DNA of 64,000 nucleotides from Candidatus Omnitrophota bacterium (GCA_043814315.1 JBDRKE010000023.1:15576-79575), one strand, 5' to 3'; counted from the first letter of the stretch, positions 1 to 8,633 are shown. Numbers and translations are program-made. Notes: generated by a model from the letters alone, not told the origin.

Positions 1-148
1 CAAAACCTGTATAAAAATCTCTTCCTGTACGCGACGTCTGCCCCTTGCTCCCTCGCGTGGAGGTCTTTCCATGACCTGTACCAGAACCTCGCCCCAATAT
101 TTTCCTTCGTTTATGAGACCCTTCCGGCGGCTTAAGACTGGAAAGCAT
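1..148 (-). CDS. rplO: 50S ribosomal protein L15, N-terminal part (gene continues past window start)
   Basis: Manual minus-strand translation from ATG 148-146 gives [42 protein letters not shown], the Gly/Lys-rich L15 N-terminus. It follows rpsE as in spc operons. The frame stays open upstream to 253, so the start is uncertain. Confidence 0.7.
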   Translation of the reverse strand, partial: MLSSLKPPEGSHKRRKILGRGSGTGHGKTSTRGSKGQTSRTGRDFYTGF

Positions 149-254
149 ACTCACGAAAGGCGCTTTCTTCTCCTTAGGAGCCGGGGGTAAGGCCCTGGGT
201 ATTTTCTTCTTGGCTACCAAAGAAGCAGCTTTCGTGACTTTTTCGGCTGTCTTT

Positions 255-731
255 TTAGGCCTTAGTATCCTGTTTTTCATTATCTTTTAGTTCCTTCAAG
301 CCTTCTATCGTTGCCTTGATGACATTCACGGGGTTATTGGACTTAAGGCATTTGGTTAAAATATCCTTGATACCTGCGGCTTCACACACGGCTCTTACGG
401 GGCCGGCTGCGATAACGCCCGTCCCTTCGGAAGCAGGCTTCAATAAAACCTTTGCTGCGCCGAAGTGCCCCAATACTGTATGGGGGATCGTAGACCCTTC
501 CATCGTAACCCGCATAAGGTTTTTTTTTGCTTTAGTCAAAGCCTTACGTATGGCATTGGCGACCTCGTTGGCCTTATCCTGGGCAAAACCGACCCTGCCC
601 TTCGTGTCTCCCACAACCACCAGCGCACTGAAATGCAGCTTCTTGCCGCCTTTGGTGACTTTGGTCACACGGTTAATGCTTATAACTTTCTCTATGAGTT
701 CCTGCTGCTGTTCGGTTCTGATTTCTCGCAT
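255..731 (-). CDS. rpsE: 30S ribosomal protein S5
   Basis: ORF-track protein ([24 protein letters not shown]...) recognised as uS5; GGAG 8 nt upstream; spc operon order. Confidence 0.95.
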   Translation of the reverse strand: MREIRTEQQQELIEKVISINRVTKVTKGGKKLHFSALVVVGDTKGRVGFAQDKANEVANAIRKALTKAKKNLMRVTMEGSTIPHTVLGHFGAAKVLLKPASEGTGVIAAGPVRAVCEAAGIKDILTKCLKSNNPVNVIKATIEGLKELKDNEKQDTKA

Positions 732-733
732 TT

Positions 734-1093
734 TTAAAACTCCAATCCGCCTTTTCTTATCGCATCGGCAAATGCCCTGACCCTTCCGTGATATAGATAC
801 CCTGCACGGTCAAAGATAACCCTGCCAAATCCTTTTTCTTTGGCCCTGCGGGCAAAAACTTCTCCGAAAAACACCGCACCCTTAATATTGCCCGCGCAAG
901 GATATTGGCTCTTGACTTCCTTATCCAGGGTCGTCATGGTAAACAATACCTTGTTGCGTGCATCATCTACGATTTGCGCGCTAAAGTGCTTGAGGCTGCG
1001 ATGGATAATCAGCCGGGGCTTGGCGTTATCGCCGTGCATGCGTAATTTTATGCGGCGATGCCTTTTGATTCTTAGAAGCTCTTTTTTGTTCAC
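734..1093 (-). CDS. rplR: 50S ribosomal protein L18
   Basis: uL18-like protein ([18 protein letters not shown]...[11 protein letters not shown]); GTG start with AGGAAG upstream; operon order. Confidence 0.95.
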   Translation of the reverse strand: MNKKELLRIKRHRRIKLRMHGDNAKPRLIIHRSLKHFSAQIVDDARNKVLFTMTTLDKEVKSQYPCAGNIKGAVFFGEVFARRAKEKGFGRVIFDRAGYLYHGRVRAFADAIRKGGLEF

Positions 1094-1157
1094 CCCGTTC
1101 TTCCTTTCTTGAAACTTATCCCACCCTCTTATGGAAGGGTGCGGTTCCTATAGGATT

Positions 1158-1703
1158 TTACTTAGTGGCTACCTGAGCCTTGCCAACTTTCTTCTTAACG
1201 TATTCTCCCACAAAACGGATTCCCTTGCCTTTATAAGGCTCAGGGGGATAGGCGCTGCGTATTTCCGTAGCCATGCGGCCTACCTTCTCTTTATCAATGC
1301 CCCTGATTACAATATGTGTGGGCTTAGGAGTCTCTATCTTAATGTCTTGGGGGATAAGGAAATTAACGGGATGAGAAAATCCCAATTGCATATTCAGGCT
1401 GTTGCCTTCTACGGATGCCTTAAACCCGACCCCAACGATCCCCAGTTCCTTAACATAGCCTATTGTGACGCCTGTGATCATGTTGGCAATCAGGGCACGA
1501 TAGAGACCATGCAAGGACCTGTCAAGCTTTGTAGCGAGGTTTCGCTTGACAAGAACCTCGCCGTCTTTAATCTCGATTGTGATCCTATCAGAAAAAGGTT
1601 GAACCAGTTTTCCCTTGGGACCCTCCACAAAAACTGAACCATCCCTGACTTCGACTTTTACGCCATTAGGTATAGGTATGGGTTTTTTTCCTATTCGCGA
1701 CAT
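1158..1703 (-). CDS. rplF: 50S ribosomal protein L6
   Basis: MSRIGKKPIPIPNGVKV... typical uL6; junction TAA-ATGAGGGC-ATAAGTT-ATG supplies the SD. Confidence 0.95.
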   Translation of the reverse strand: MSRIGKKPIPIPNGVKVEVRDGSVFVEGPKGKLVQPFSDRITIEIKDGEVLVKRNLATKLDRSLHGLYRALIANMITGVTIGYVKELGIVGVGFKASVEGNSLNMQLGFSHPVNFLIPQDIKIETPKPTHIVIRGIDKEKVGRMATEIRSAYPPEPYKGKGIRFVGEYVKKKVGKAQVATK

Positions 1704-1718
1704 AACTTATGCCCTCAT

Positions 1719-2114
1719 TTACCACACATAACCGATGACTTCTCCACCCATCCCCTGTTCTTTGGCCTGCTTATCGGTCATAACTCCTTTAGAGGTTGAG
1801 ATGATGGCTAATCCTCTGCCTCTTAATACAGACGGCACCTTCTTGTGTTTTACGTAAACGCGCAATCCCGACCTGGAAATGCGCTTGAGATTTCTTATAG
1901 CCGGCTTATGGGCAACGTATTTCAGGTAGACTCTCGCCGTGCCTTGCTTGTTATCTTCCATCAATTTAAAATTCTCGATATAGCGCTCATTCTTTAAGAT
2001 ATCCAGAATAGACTTTATCGTATTGGAAGACGGAACATCCACCGTGTCCTTGCGGACCATGATGGCATTGCGTATGATGGTAAACGTATCTGCAATTAAA
2101 TCCGTGCGCGACAT
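1719..2114 (-). CDS. rpsH: 30S ribosomal protein S8
   Basis: uS8-like (DLIADTFTIIRNA ... GGEVIGYVW); operon order. Confidence 0.95.
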   Translation of the reverse strand: MSRTDLIADTFTIIRNAIMVRKDTVDVPSSNTIKSILDILKNERYIENFKLMEDNKQGTARVYLKYVAHKPAIRNLKRISRSGLRVYVKHKKVPSVLRGRGLAIISTSKGVMTDKQAKEQGMGGEVIGYVW

Positions 2115-2156
2115 ATATACTCCTTTTAAAATAATCTTTTTACGCAGATTTTCGCA

Positions 2157-2176
2157 CCTGCCTGGCGCCAGGCAGG
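2157..2176. repeat. Perfect 20-bp palindrome cctgcctggcgccaggcagg in the rpsN|rpsH gap
   Basis: Flanked by direct repeats cgcagattttcgca (2143-2156) and cgcggattttcgcagat (2184-2200). Confidence 0.85.
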
Positions 2177-2223
2177 AATCTAACGCGGATTTTCGCAGAT
2201 TTTTATCTGCGCCGATCTTTGCC

Positions 2224-2409
2224 TTACCAGCTTGCTTTTTTAACGCCGGGGATCAAGCCCTGCCAGGCCAGCTCCCTGAAGCATATCCGGCAAAGCATGA
2301 ACCTTCTTAAGAAACCTCCGGACCTGCCGCAAATATTACAGCGGTTGTATTTACGCGAAGAAAATTTTGGAGCCCTTTTCCATCTTGCTAACTGTGAATT
2401 TTTAGCCAT
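2224..2409 (-). CDS. rpsN: 30S ribosomal protein S14, short zinc-ribbon (type Z) form
   Basis: 61 aa with CNIC...CRIC cysteine pairs; located between rplE and rpsH. Confidence 0.9.
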   Translation of the reverse strand: MAKNSQLARWKRAPKFSSRKYNRCNICGRSGGFLRRFMLCRICFRELAWQGLIPGVKKASW

Positions 2410-2414
2410 AGTGC

Positions 2415-2969
2415 TTAACGTTCCTCGGTGCTGAATGGCATTCCGAATAATTTCAATAATTCTTTTGCCTGTTGCGCTGTCCTTGCGTTCTTAATGACAA
2501 TGGTAATGTCCATCCCTTGAGGACGGGATATCTTATCGTATTCAATTTCAGGGAATATAACCTGCTCATTCAATCCTAACGAATAATTGCCTGCCTGGTC
2601 AAAAGAGTCCAGCGGCACACCCCTAAAATCACGTATGCGCGGCAGTGCCACGTTCACCAGCCTATCGAGAAATTCGTACATCATGGCGCGCCTGAGCGTA
2701 ACCTTGCAACCCACGGGCAGTCCTTTTCTGATCTTGAAATTGGAAATGGCTTTTTTGGCTCTTCTTATAATGGGCCTCTGGCCCGTAATAGCACCCAGCT
2801 CCTGCATAGCCTTCTCTAAGATTTTAATATCTCCGATGGCCTCCCCCACTCCCATATTGACCACAATCTTCTCCAAATGCGGAACCGCCAGCCTGTTTTT
2901 CAGACTAAAGGCCTGCATTAACTGGGTGACAATGACTTCTTTGTATTTTTCCTGTAATCTTGGCTTCAT
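2415..2969 (-). CDS. rplE: 50S ribosomal protein L5
   Basis: uL5-like ([15 protein letters not shown]...); operon order. Confidence 0.95.
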   Translation of the reverse strand: MKPRLQEKYKEVIVTQLMQAFSLKNRLAVPHLEKIVVNMGVGEAIGDIKILEKAMQELGAITGQRPIIRRAKKAISNFKIRKGLPVGCKVTLRRAMMYEFLDRLVNVALPRIRDFRGVPLDSFDQAGNYSLGLNEQVIFPEIEYDKISRPQGMDITIVIKNARTAQQAKELLKLFGMPFSTEER

Positions 2970-2970
2970 G

Positions 2971-3288
2971 TTAAATCGTTTCTTTGCAACTCTTGCAGAA
3001 TCTTACCTTGGCTTGATCTTTTAAGACTGTAAAGCCCAACCGTACCGGCCGGTCGCATTTTTTACAAAAAACCATGAGGTTGGATACATTTATGGGAGCC
3101 TCAATAGAAACAATCCCTCCCTGCTGATCCTGACGGGTCTGGCGTTTGTGTTTTTTGACCAGATTGGACCCTTCGACAATGGCGCGGCGGGAGCGTTCCT
3201 GAATTATAATCTCTAACACCCTGCCTTTTTTGCCGGCATCCTTGCCTTTAATAATCTGTACCGTGTCTCCCTTTTTTATTTTTTGCAT
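2971..3288 (-). CDS. rplX: 50S ribosomal protein L24
   Basis: KOW motif [22 protein letters not shown]; C-terminal CKKC...CKSC pairs; operon order. Confidence 0.9.
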   Translation of the reverse strand: MQKIKKGDTVQIIKGKDAGKKGRVLEIIIQERSRRAIVEGSNLVKKHKRQTRQDQQGGIVSIEAPINVSNLMVFCKKCDRPVRLGFTVLKDQAKVRFCKSCKETI

Positions 3289-3385
3289 TTCTACTATGAA
3301 CTCCGAACTTTTCCCGCCCTACTCTCTAATAGCTGGTGGGATCCCGTCTTGAATTTAACCGCGTGACGGGAGAACTCTGAACTAA

Positions 3386-3754
3386 TCAAATAACTTCGGG
3401 TGCCAAGGAAATAATCTTGGTAAAATTTTTTTCTCTTAACTCTCTCGCTACAGGGCCAAACACGCGTGTTCCCCTGGGGTTGGATTGAACATCAATAAAT
3501 ACAATGGCATTGCGGTCGAATCTCAATATGGAACCGTCGGGCCGCCTTATACTTGACTTTGTTCTTACGACAACAGCCCGGCCGACCTCCCCCTTCTTGA
3601 CCAAAGCGTCCGGAGAAGTCTCTTTGACGTTCACGTTGATGACATCACCGACTTCCGCAAAAAACTTGCCTTTTCTGCCTAAGACGCTGATTAAAGAGGC
3701 ACGTTTGGCTCCGGTATTATCCGCAACATCTAAGATGCTACGTAATTGAATCAT
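3386..3754 (-). CDS. rplN: 50S ribosomal protein L14
   Basis: [17 protein letters not shown]... typical uL14. Confidence 0.95.
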   Translation of the reverse strand: MIQLRSILDVADNTGAKRASLISVLGRKGKFFAEVGDVINVNVKETSPDALVKKGEVGRAVVVRTKSSIRRPDGSILRFDRNAIVFIDVQSNPRGTRVFGPVARELREKNFTKIISLAPEVI

Positions 3755-4035
3755 TGTGCCTCTTTCTCTTTTTCAATAGGGTGGGCGGTTTGGGCTTTTT
3801 TGACAATCTGCACGACCCTGAAACGCTTATCCTTTGACAGGGGCCTGGTTTCGACAATGCGTACCGTATCTCCTAACTTAGCCGTGCCCTTTTCATCGTG
3901 CACTTTATATTTATTAGATTTCTTGATCATTTTTCCGTATTTCTTGTGCTTGCTCAATATGGCAATGCGCACGATTATGGTTTTCTGCATCTTGTCGCTG
4001 ATTACCATCCCTGTAAATTCTTTCTTCTTTCCCAT
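3751..4035 (-). CDS. rpsQ: 30S ribosomal protein S17
   Basis: uS17-like (KTIIVRI...[14 protein letters not shown]); 4-nt overlap with rplN. Confidence 0.9.
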   Translation of the reverse strand: MGKKKEFTGMVISDKMQKTIIVRIAILSKHKKYGKMIKKSNKYKVHDEKGTAKLGDTVRIVETRPLSKDKRFRVVQIVKKAQTAHPIEKEKEAQ

Positions 4036-4073
4036 TTGCTCTTACTCCGTTCGTAAGTTTACAGTTACCTCAC

Positions 4074-4268
4074 TCACTGCAAACTCTTTTTCTCATTTAA
4101 TAGTGTTTTTATTCGTGCGATATCTTTCCTGGTCACCCGAAACTCATGCGGTTTTTCCACGCGCCCCCCATATCGCTGGGCGTTCAGTTTAAAGAGGTGC
4201 TCTTTGAGCGACTTTTCTTTTTCCCGTAGTTCTTCTTTGGATAGACTGCGCAACTCTTTGATTTTCAC
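4074..4268 (-). CDS. rpmC: 50S ribosomal protein L29
   Basis: MKIKELRSLSKEELREKEKSLKEHLFKL typical uL29. Confidence 0.9.
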   Translation of the reverse strand: MKIKELRSLSKEELREKEKSLKEHLFKLNAQRYGGRVEKPHEFRVTRKDIARIKTLLNEKKSLQ

Positions 4269-4286
4269 GTCCGTGCTTCCCCTCTT

Positions 4287-4703
4287 TTATCTATGAATCC
4301 TGGTGACGAACTTCGTTTTCATCGGCAACTTATAGGCAGCCAACCTGAAGCATTGACGCGCATACTCCTCATGTACCCCGGCTAACTCAAACAGGATGCG
4401 GCCTCTTTTGACCACGGCTACCCAATGATCCAACTCTCCCTTACCTTTACCCATGCGCACTTCCGCGGGTTTTTTGGTTATGGATTTATCCGTGAAAACC
4501 CTGATCCAAAGTTTCCCCCCTTTGTGCAGCTGCCTTGACAAGATGACGCGCACAGCCTCAATTTGCGTATTCTTCAGCCACCCGTTCTCCAGCGACTTCA
4601 ACCCAAACTCTCCGAAGGCTAATTCGCTGCCGGTCGTTGCAATCCCGCGCCGATGGCCTTTCTGTAATTTCCTGTATTTAACCCTTTTGGGCATCATCAA
4701 CAT
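4287..4703 (-). CDS. rplP: 50S ribosomal protein L16
   Basis: [17 protein letters not shown]... typical uL16 (start may be the 2nd-4th Met). Confidence 0.95.
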   Translation of the reverse strand: MLMMPKRVKYRKLQKGHRRGIATTGSELAFGEFGLKSLENGWLKNTQIEAVRVILSRQLHKGGKLWIRVFTDKSITKKPAEVRMGKGKGELDHWVAVVKRGRILFELAGVHEEYARQCFRLAAYKLPMKTKFVTRIHR

Positions 4704-4724
4704 TTGAACAAATCTCCTTAAGAA

Positions 4725-5423
4725 TTATTGCCCTTTAGATGAATCCTTGGCTACGGCCTCACTCACAGGGCTCTCAACGGTGCGTACTTTTTTTTTGATA
4801 AGGATATCTCCTTTGTAAATCCATACTTTGACTCCGATCAGACCGTAAGTGGTTAAGCTTTCGGCAAAACCATAATCAATATCCGCGCGTATAGTCTGCA
4901 GGGGCACTTTACCCTGTTTATAAGTCTCCTTGCGGGACATTTCAGCACCGTTAAGGCGGCCCGCGCAACTGACTCTTACCCCTTTGGCCCCTGCGTTCGT
5001 TGTCTGCTCCATGGCACGCTTCACCGCACGCCGAAAGGCCACTCTTTTCTCTAATTGAAAGGCAATGTTCTCCGCCACTAACTGAGCGTCCAAAGCAGGG
5101 TTCTTGACTTCTTCTATATCGATGGATATTTCGGTCTTGACCATATTATTCAGGTCTTCGCGCAGGCGCTCTATATCGGCTCCGTGACGGCCGATAACGA
5201 TCCCGGGGCGCGCCGTCAGTATTCGGATCTTTAATTTCCCAGCTAATCTCTCAATAATGATGCGGGAGACCGCGGCCTGTTTGAATCTTTTTTTGATGAA
5301 TTTCCTGATCTTATAATCCTCAAAGATAAACTCAGAAAACTCCCTCGGCTTTGCAAACCACCGGCTGTGCCAGGTTTTAATATAACCGACTCTGAACAAA
5401 AACGGATGCACCTTCTGTCCCAT
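4725..5423 (-). CDS. rpsC: 30S ribosomal protein S3
   Basis: [24 protein letters not shown] typical uS3; AAGGAG SD. Confidence 0.95.
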   Translation of the reverse strand: MGQKVHPFLFRVGYIKTWHSRWFAKPREFSEFIFEDYKIRKFIKKRFKQAAVSRIIIERLAGKLKIRILTARPGIVIGRHGADIERLREDLNNMVKTEISIDIEEVKNPALDAQLVAENIAFQLEKRVAFRRAVKRAMEQTTNAGAKGVRVSCAGRLNGAEMSRKETYKQGKVPLQTIRADIDYGFAESLTTYGLIGVKVWIYKGDILIKKKVRTVESPVSEAVAKDSSKGQ

Positions 5424-5449
5424 TATTTTAACTCCTTGAAATAAAGTTT

Positions 5450-5551
5450 AAAATTCCGAATTCCAAACGCCAAATTCCAAACACAGAGCTTCGGACATTG
5501 GGATTTGTTTGGGATTTGTTTGGGATTTGTGATTTGTAATTTGGGATTTTT
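5450..5551. repeat. Word-built imperfect hairpin (ccaaa / tttggg words), rplV|rpsC gap
   Basis: A/C-rich arm aaattccgaattccaaacgccaaattccaaacac opposite the tandem ttgggatttgt x3 arm. Confidence 0.85.
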
Positions 5552-5564
5552 CGTGTCATTATAT

Positions 5565-5897
5565 CTATTTTTTTAAGTCCAGCTCTATCTTTATATGGCA
5601 CGTCCTCTTCCTGATGGGCGCAGCCCTTCCAAAGGCGGCGGCTTTAAATCTTTTCCATGCGGGCCCAGGATTACAGATGATTTTGGATATGTATAAGTCT
5701 TGCGCATTAAAGCCTTTAACTTTCGCATTAGCGCGAGCTGACCTCAACAATTTTATCAGGTACTCTTTGGGCCGCTTGTTTAGATTGACCAGAATACCCT
5801 CCGCCATCAAGACATCCTTATGGCGTACCAGGTCCAAGACCTGCCTCACTTTTGCCGGTGAAATCCGTAAAAACTTTCCTTGCGCTTTGGATATCAT
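5565..5897 (-). CDS. rplV: 50S ribosomal protein L22
   Basis: uL22-like (FLRISPAKVRQVLDLVR...); operon order; no SD, preceded by the family-1 element. Confidence 0.93.
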   Translation of the reverse strand: MISKAQGKFLRISPAKVRQVLDLVRHKDVLMAEGILVNLNKRPKEYLIKLLRSARANAKVKGFNAQDLYISKIICNPGPAWKRFKAAAFGRAAPIRKRTCHIKIELDLKK

Positions 5898-6157
5898 TTA
5901 ATGAGCGCTAAACTTACGAAAGCACGAAGTGCAACGTAAGTTTATGCGCGAATTAACCCCCCACCACTTTTTAAATACACTTGAGATATCTTACGGTATT
6001 GCTCCCCCTCCTACCCCATTCTGTAAATCACACGCTTGTTACAAAAAGTGGTGGGGGGTAAGTTCAGACATAAATTTATGTTCGCTTGCCGCACAAGCGG
6101 CACACCGGCTGTTCCGATACAGCCGGGTGCTCGCTCCATAAATTTAGTCCTCACTTA
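5898..6157 (-). repeat. Junction element family 1, full copy (modules C-B-A), rpsS|rplV
   Basis: Shares TAAGTGAGGAC..., the ACCCCCCACCACTTTTT/AAAAAGTGGTGGGGGGT stem, and GCGCAT-AACTTACG..CGTAAGTT-AGCGCTCATTAA with the other copies. Confidence 0.9.
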
Positions 6158-6159
6158 CA

Positions 6160-6447
6160 TTATGTCTTCTCAACCGCTTTCTTCGCCTTAACGCCACCAT
6201 GTTTTCTGAAGATGCGCGAAGGAGCGAACTCCCCCAGTTTATGGCCCACCATGTTTTCGGTGACAAAAACTGGCGCGTGTTTTCTGCCGTCGTGAACGGC
6301 AAAAGTCAAACCTACAAAATCGGGAATGATGGTCGAGCGCCTGGACCAGGTCTTGATGGCCTGGCGGCTACCGCTTCGGCTGACCTTTTCCACTTTCTTC
6401 AGTAATTTTTCATCAACAAACGGACCCTTTTTTAAAGAACGGGGCAT
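6160..6447 (-). CDS. rpsS: 30S ribosomal protein S19
   Basis: [19 protein letters not shown] typical uS19; SD GTGAGGAG. Confidence 0.95.
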   Translation of the reverse strand: MPRSLKKGPFVDEKLLKKVEKVSRSGSRQAIKTWSRRSTIIPDFVGLTFAVHDGRKHAPVFVTENMVGHKLGEFAPSRIFRKHGGVKAKKAVEKT

Positions 6448-6467
6448 ATCTCCTCACTTTCACTCGT

Positions 6468-6596
6468 CAAAATCCAAATGTCAAAGCACAAAGCTTAAAA
6501 TGCGCACAAAACACAAAATCCAAAACAATCAGGCTTTTATTAGGATTTTGAATTTTGAATTTATTTTGTGCTTTGAATTTTGTCATTTGAATTTAT
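6468..6596. repeat. Word-built imperfect hairpin (caaaat / attttg words), rplB|rpsS gap
   Basis: caaaatccaaatgtcaaagcacaaa... opposite ...tttgtgctttgaattttgtcatttgaattt. Confidence 0.85.
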
Positions 6597-6598
6597 TC

Positions 6599-7429
6599 TT
6601 ACTTTCTTCTCTTAATGATAAATTTATCCGAAAAACGAATCTTCCTCGTTTTATAGCCTTTCGTGGGCATTCCCCAGCGGCTCACCGGATGGGGATTTCC
6701 TTGCCCGGATTTGCCTTCGCCTCCCCCGTGCGGATGATCCACCGGATTCATGGCCAGGCCTCTTACCGTAGGCCTGATACCTAACCAGCGCTTTTTCCCG
6801 GCTTTTCCCAAGATAACAGCCTCATGCTCAATATTGCCTACCTGGCCAATAGTGGCATGGCAATCAAGATTCACGAGCCTGACTTCCCCTGAGGGCATTC
6901 TCAGATGGGCGAAATCTCCTTCTTTTGCCATTATCTGAGCACTGCCCCCCGCAGACCTGACGATCTGGCCTCCTTTTCCTTTATTGATTTCAATGTTATG
7001 GATAAGGGTTCCGGAAGGTATGTGCCTTAGAAGAAGGCAATTGCCGATTTTGAGTTCCGTATCTTTCTGATTACTTGAGACAACCAAATCCCCGACACTT
7101 AACCCCAAAGGAGCTAAAATATACCTTTTTTTTCTGTTAGGATATTCAATCAAGGCAATCCTTGCCGAACGGTTGGGATCATATTCTATTGCCTGGACTT
7201 TTCCCGGCACGTCAAACAGATCCCTTTTGAAATCAATAAGCCTTAACATCCTCTTGTGGCCGCCACCGCGATGCCAGACCGTAATCCTGCCGTAAACGTT
7301 CCTGCCCCCCTTTTTCTTAAGAGGAATGATCAGGGATTTTTCGGGCTTGGCCTTAGTGATCTCCGAAAAATCAGGCCCGCTCATATGGCGCCGGGAGGGT
7401 GTTGTGGGTTTAAACTTTATAAGTCCCAT
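6599..7429 (-). CDS. rplB: 50S ribosomal protein L2
   Basis: uL2-like ([18 protein letters not shown] ... [10 protein letters not shown]); no SD, preceded by the family-1 element. Confidence 0.95.
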   Translation of the reverse strand: MGLIKFKPTTPSRRHMSGPDFSEITKAKPEKSLIIPLKKKGGRNVYGRITVWHRGGGHKRMLRLIDFKRDLFDVPGKVQAIEYDPNRSARIALIEYPNRKKRYILAPLGLSVGDLVVSSNQKDTELKIGNCLLLRHIPSGTLIHNIEINKGKGGQIVRSAGGSAQIMAKEGDFAHLRMPSGEVRLVNLDCHATIGQVGNIEHEAVILGKAGKKRWLGIRPTVRGLAMNPVDHPHGGGEGKSGQGNPHPVSRWGMPTKGYKTRKIRFSDKFIIKRRK

Positions 7430-7430
7430 G

Positions 7431-7637
7431 TTTAATGAGCGCTTAACTTACGAACACAATAGTGTTCGTAAGTAAATGCGCGAATTAACCCCCCACCACT
7501 TTTGCTATAACCTATGCTATATTGAAAGTGGTGGGGGGTAAGTTCGGGCATAAATTTATGTTCGCTTGCCGCACAAGCGGCACACCGGCTGTTCCGATAC
7601 AGCCGGGTGCGCGCTCCATAAATTTAGCCCTCACTTA
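7431..7637 (-). repeat. Junction element family 1, copy with short module-B loop, rplW|rplB
   Basis: Same modules; the module-B loop is only about 20 nt; overlaps the rplW 3' end. Confidence 0.9.
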
Positions 7638-7902
7638 TCTTCTGCCCTTCTCTTAACCTAACGACTGCCTTTTTTAAATCTGGTGTTTTACCTAATTGAT
7701 ACCTGACTTTTTTTAATTTTCCTAAAGAAATAAACGTGTTGACCGATTTCACCTTGACTTTATAGATGCTTTCGACCGCCTTCTTAATCTGAATCTTGTT
7801 GGCAGCGAGGTTTACCAGAAACAAATACTGCCCCTTTGGCTCTGAGAGCGTCGATTTTTCCGTGCGTATTAAAGCTTTAATAATGTCCACATGGTCTAGC
7901 AT
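7624..7902 (-). CDS. rplW: 50S ribosomal protein L23
   Basis: uL23-like (IRTEKSTLS...KKAVVRLREGQ); the last codons and the stop lie inside the family-1 element. Confidence 0.9.
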   Translation of the reverse strand: MLDHVDIIKALIRTEKSTLSEPKGQYLFLVNLAANKIQIKKAVESIYKVKVKSVNTFISLGKLKKVRYQLGKTPDLKKAVVRLREGQKISEG

Positions 7903-7914
7903 GGCTTAAATTCC

Positions 7915-8610
7915 TTAGGCGGCTTTGGGCTTAGCCCTATCTGCAGAAGGCCCCTTTTTGACATGCAAGCGATCCGTAAGGCTGTGTAAGGCTGCCTTCG
8001 TAATAATTAACCTACGATGACTGAGCACCTCGTAGGCATGGGTATTACGGACGAGGTTAAAATTAAGAAAACTGATGTTACGCATGGACAATCTTAAAGG
8101 CGTGTCAATCTTTTCCAGTAATACCAGCATAAGATTACGGTTTTTCTTTCGATCAACTTTTATTTTTAAATTAGAAAATACCCTGGATGCTTCTTTCGTC
8201 TTAGGCTGTTCGAATGTTATGCCATCCAGGACAATCAAATTCTTTTCTTGCACTTTCGCGTTGAGCGAAGATTTTAAGGCAATATTTTTTATCCTATTTG
8301 ACAACCGATACGAGAAATCTCTGGGATGAGGGCCAAAAACAACGCCACCATGACGCCAAAGGGGCGAACGCGAAGAACCGACTCTGGCACGGCCCGTACC
8401 TTTTTGCCTCCAGGGCTTACGGCCGCCGCCTGAAACTTCCCCTCTTGTTTTTGTGGAGGCAAGGCCACTTCTTTGATTCGCCCTGTAAGCCGTTACAGCC
8501 TGGTGAAGGACGGCCTTATTCACCGTGCCATCGAAAACCTTGGGATCCAGTTTTACCGTATCCACTTCCTTGCCTTCCATGTTATATATAGGTAACGTTA
8601 TCGCTTCCAT
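7915..8610 (-). CDS. rplD: 50S ribosomal protein L4
   Basis: uL4-like (GGGRKPWRQKGTGRAR); operon order. Confidence 0.93.
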   Translation of the reverse strand: MEAITLPIYNMEGKEVDTVKLDPKVFDGTVNKAVLHQAVTAYRANQRSGLASTKTRGEVSGGGRKPWRQKGTGRARVGSSRSPLWRHGGVVFGPHPRDFSYRLSNRIKNIALKSSLNAKVQEKNLIVLDGITFEQPKTKEASRVFSNLKIKVDRKKNRNLMLVLLEKIDTPLRLSMRNISFLNFNLVRNTHAYEVLSHRRLIITKAALHSLTDRLHVKKGPSADRAKPKAA

Positions 8611-8633
8611 TTATTTTGAGGTTTTACTATAAA

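Noticed and set aside
5499-5551. Tandem short repeats (ttgggatttgt x3; gtgtaat x3 at 30828; cttgacataactcta x3 at 46944) considered as possible CRISPR arrays
   Set aside because: Units are 7-15 bp and directly adjacent or separated by only a few nt, with no unique spacers of 25-40 bp and no cas genes in the window.
6001-6060. G-tracts on the mRNA-sense strand of the module-B loop and stem (GGGGTAGGAGGGGGAG plus GGTGGGGGG) as a potential G-quadruplex competing with the hairpin
   Set aside because: Purely compositional. The short-loop copy (7431) lacks the loop G-tracts yet keeps everything else, so a G4 cannot be essential to the family.
5929-6141. Plus-strand ORFs running antisense through family-1 elements (MRELTPHHFLNTLEI..YKKWWGVSSDINLCSLAA..; also 13191-13502 and 13898-14230), open in three copies, with a 3-nt indel that keeps the frame
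   Set aside because: The frame is broken by stop codons in the 7431 and 55185 copies and there is no SD before the ATG. The ORFs are antisense to highly expressed r-protein operons, and the similarity is explained by nucleotide-level repeat conservation. The in-frame indel is noted, but one case is not evidence of coding constraint.
5898-6157. Checked the family-1 element for small self-cleaving ribozyme cores (hammerhead CUGAUGA...GAAA) and group II intron domain V-like sequence
   Set aside because: No CUGAUGA box or domain V consensus on either strand. The element looks like simple stacked hairpins.
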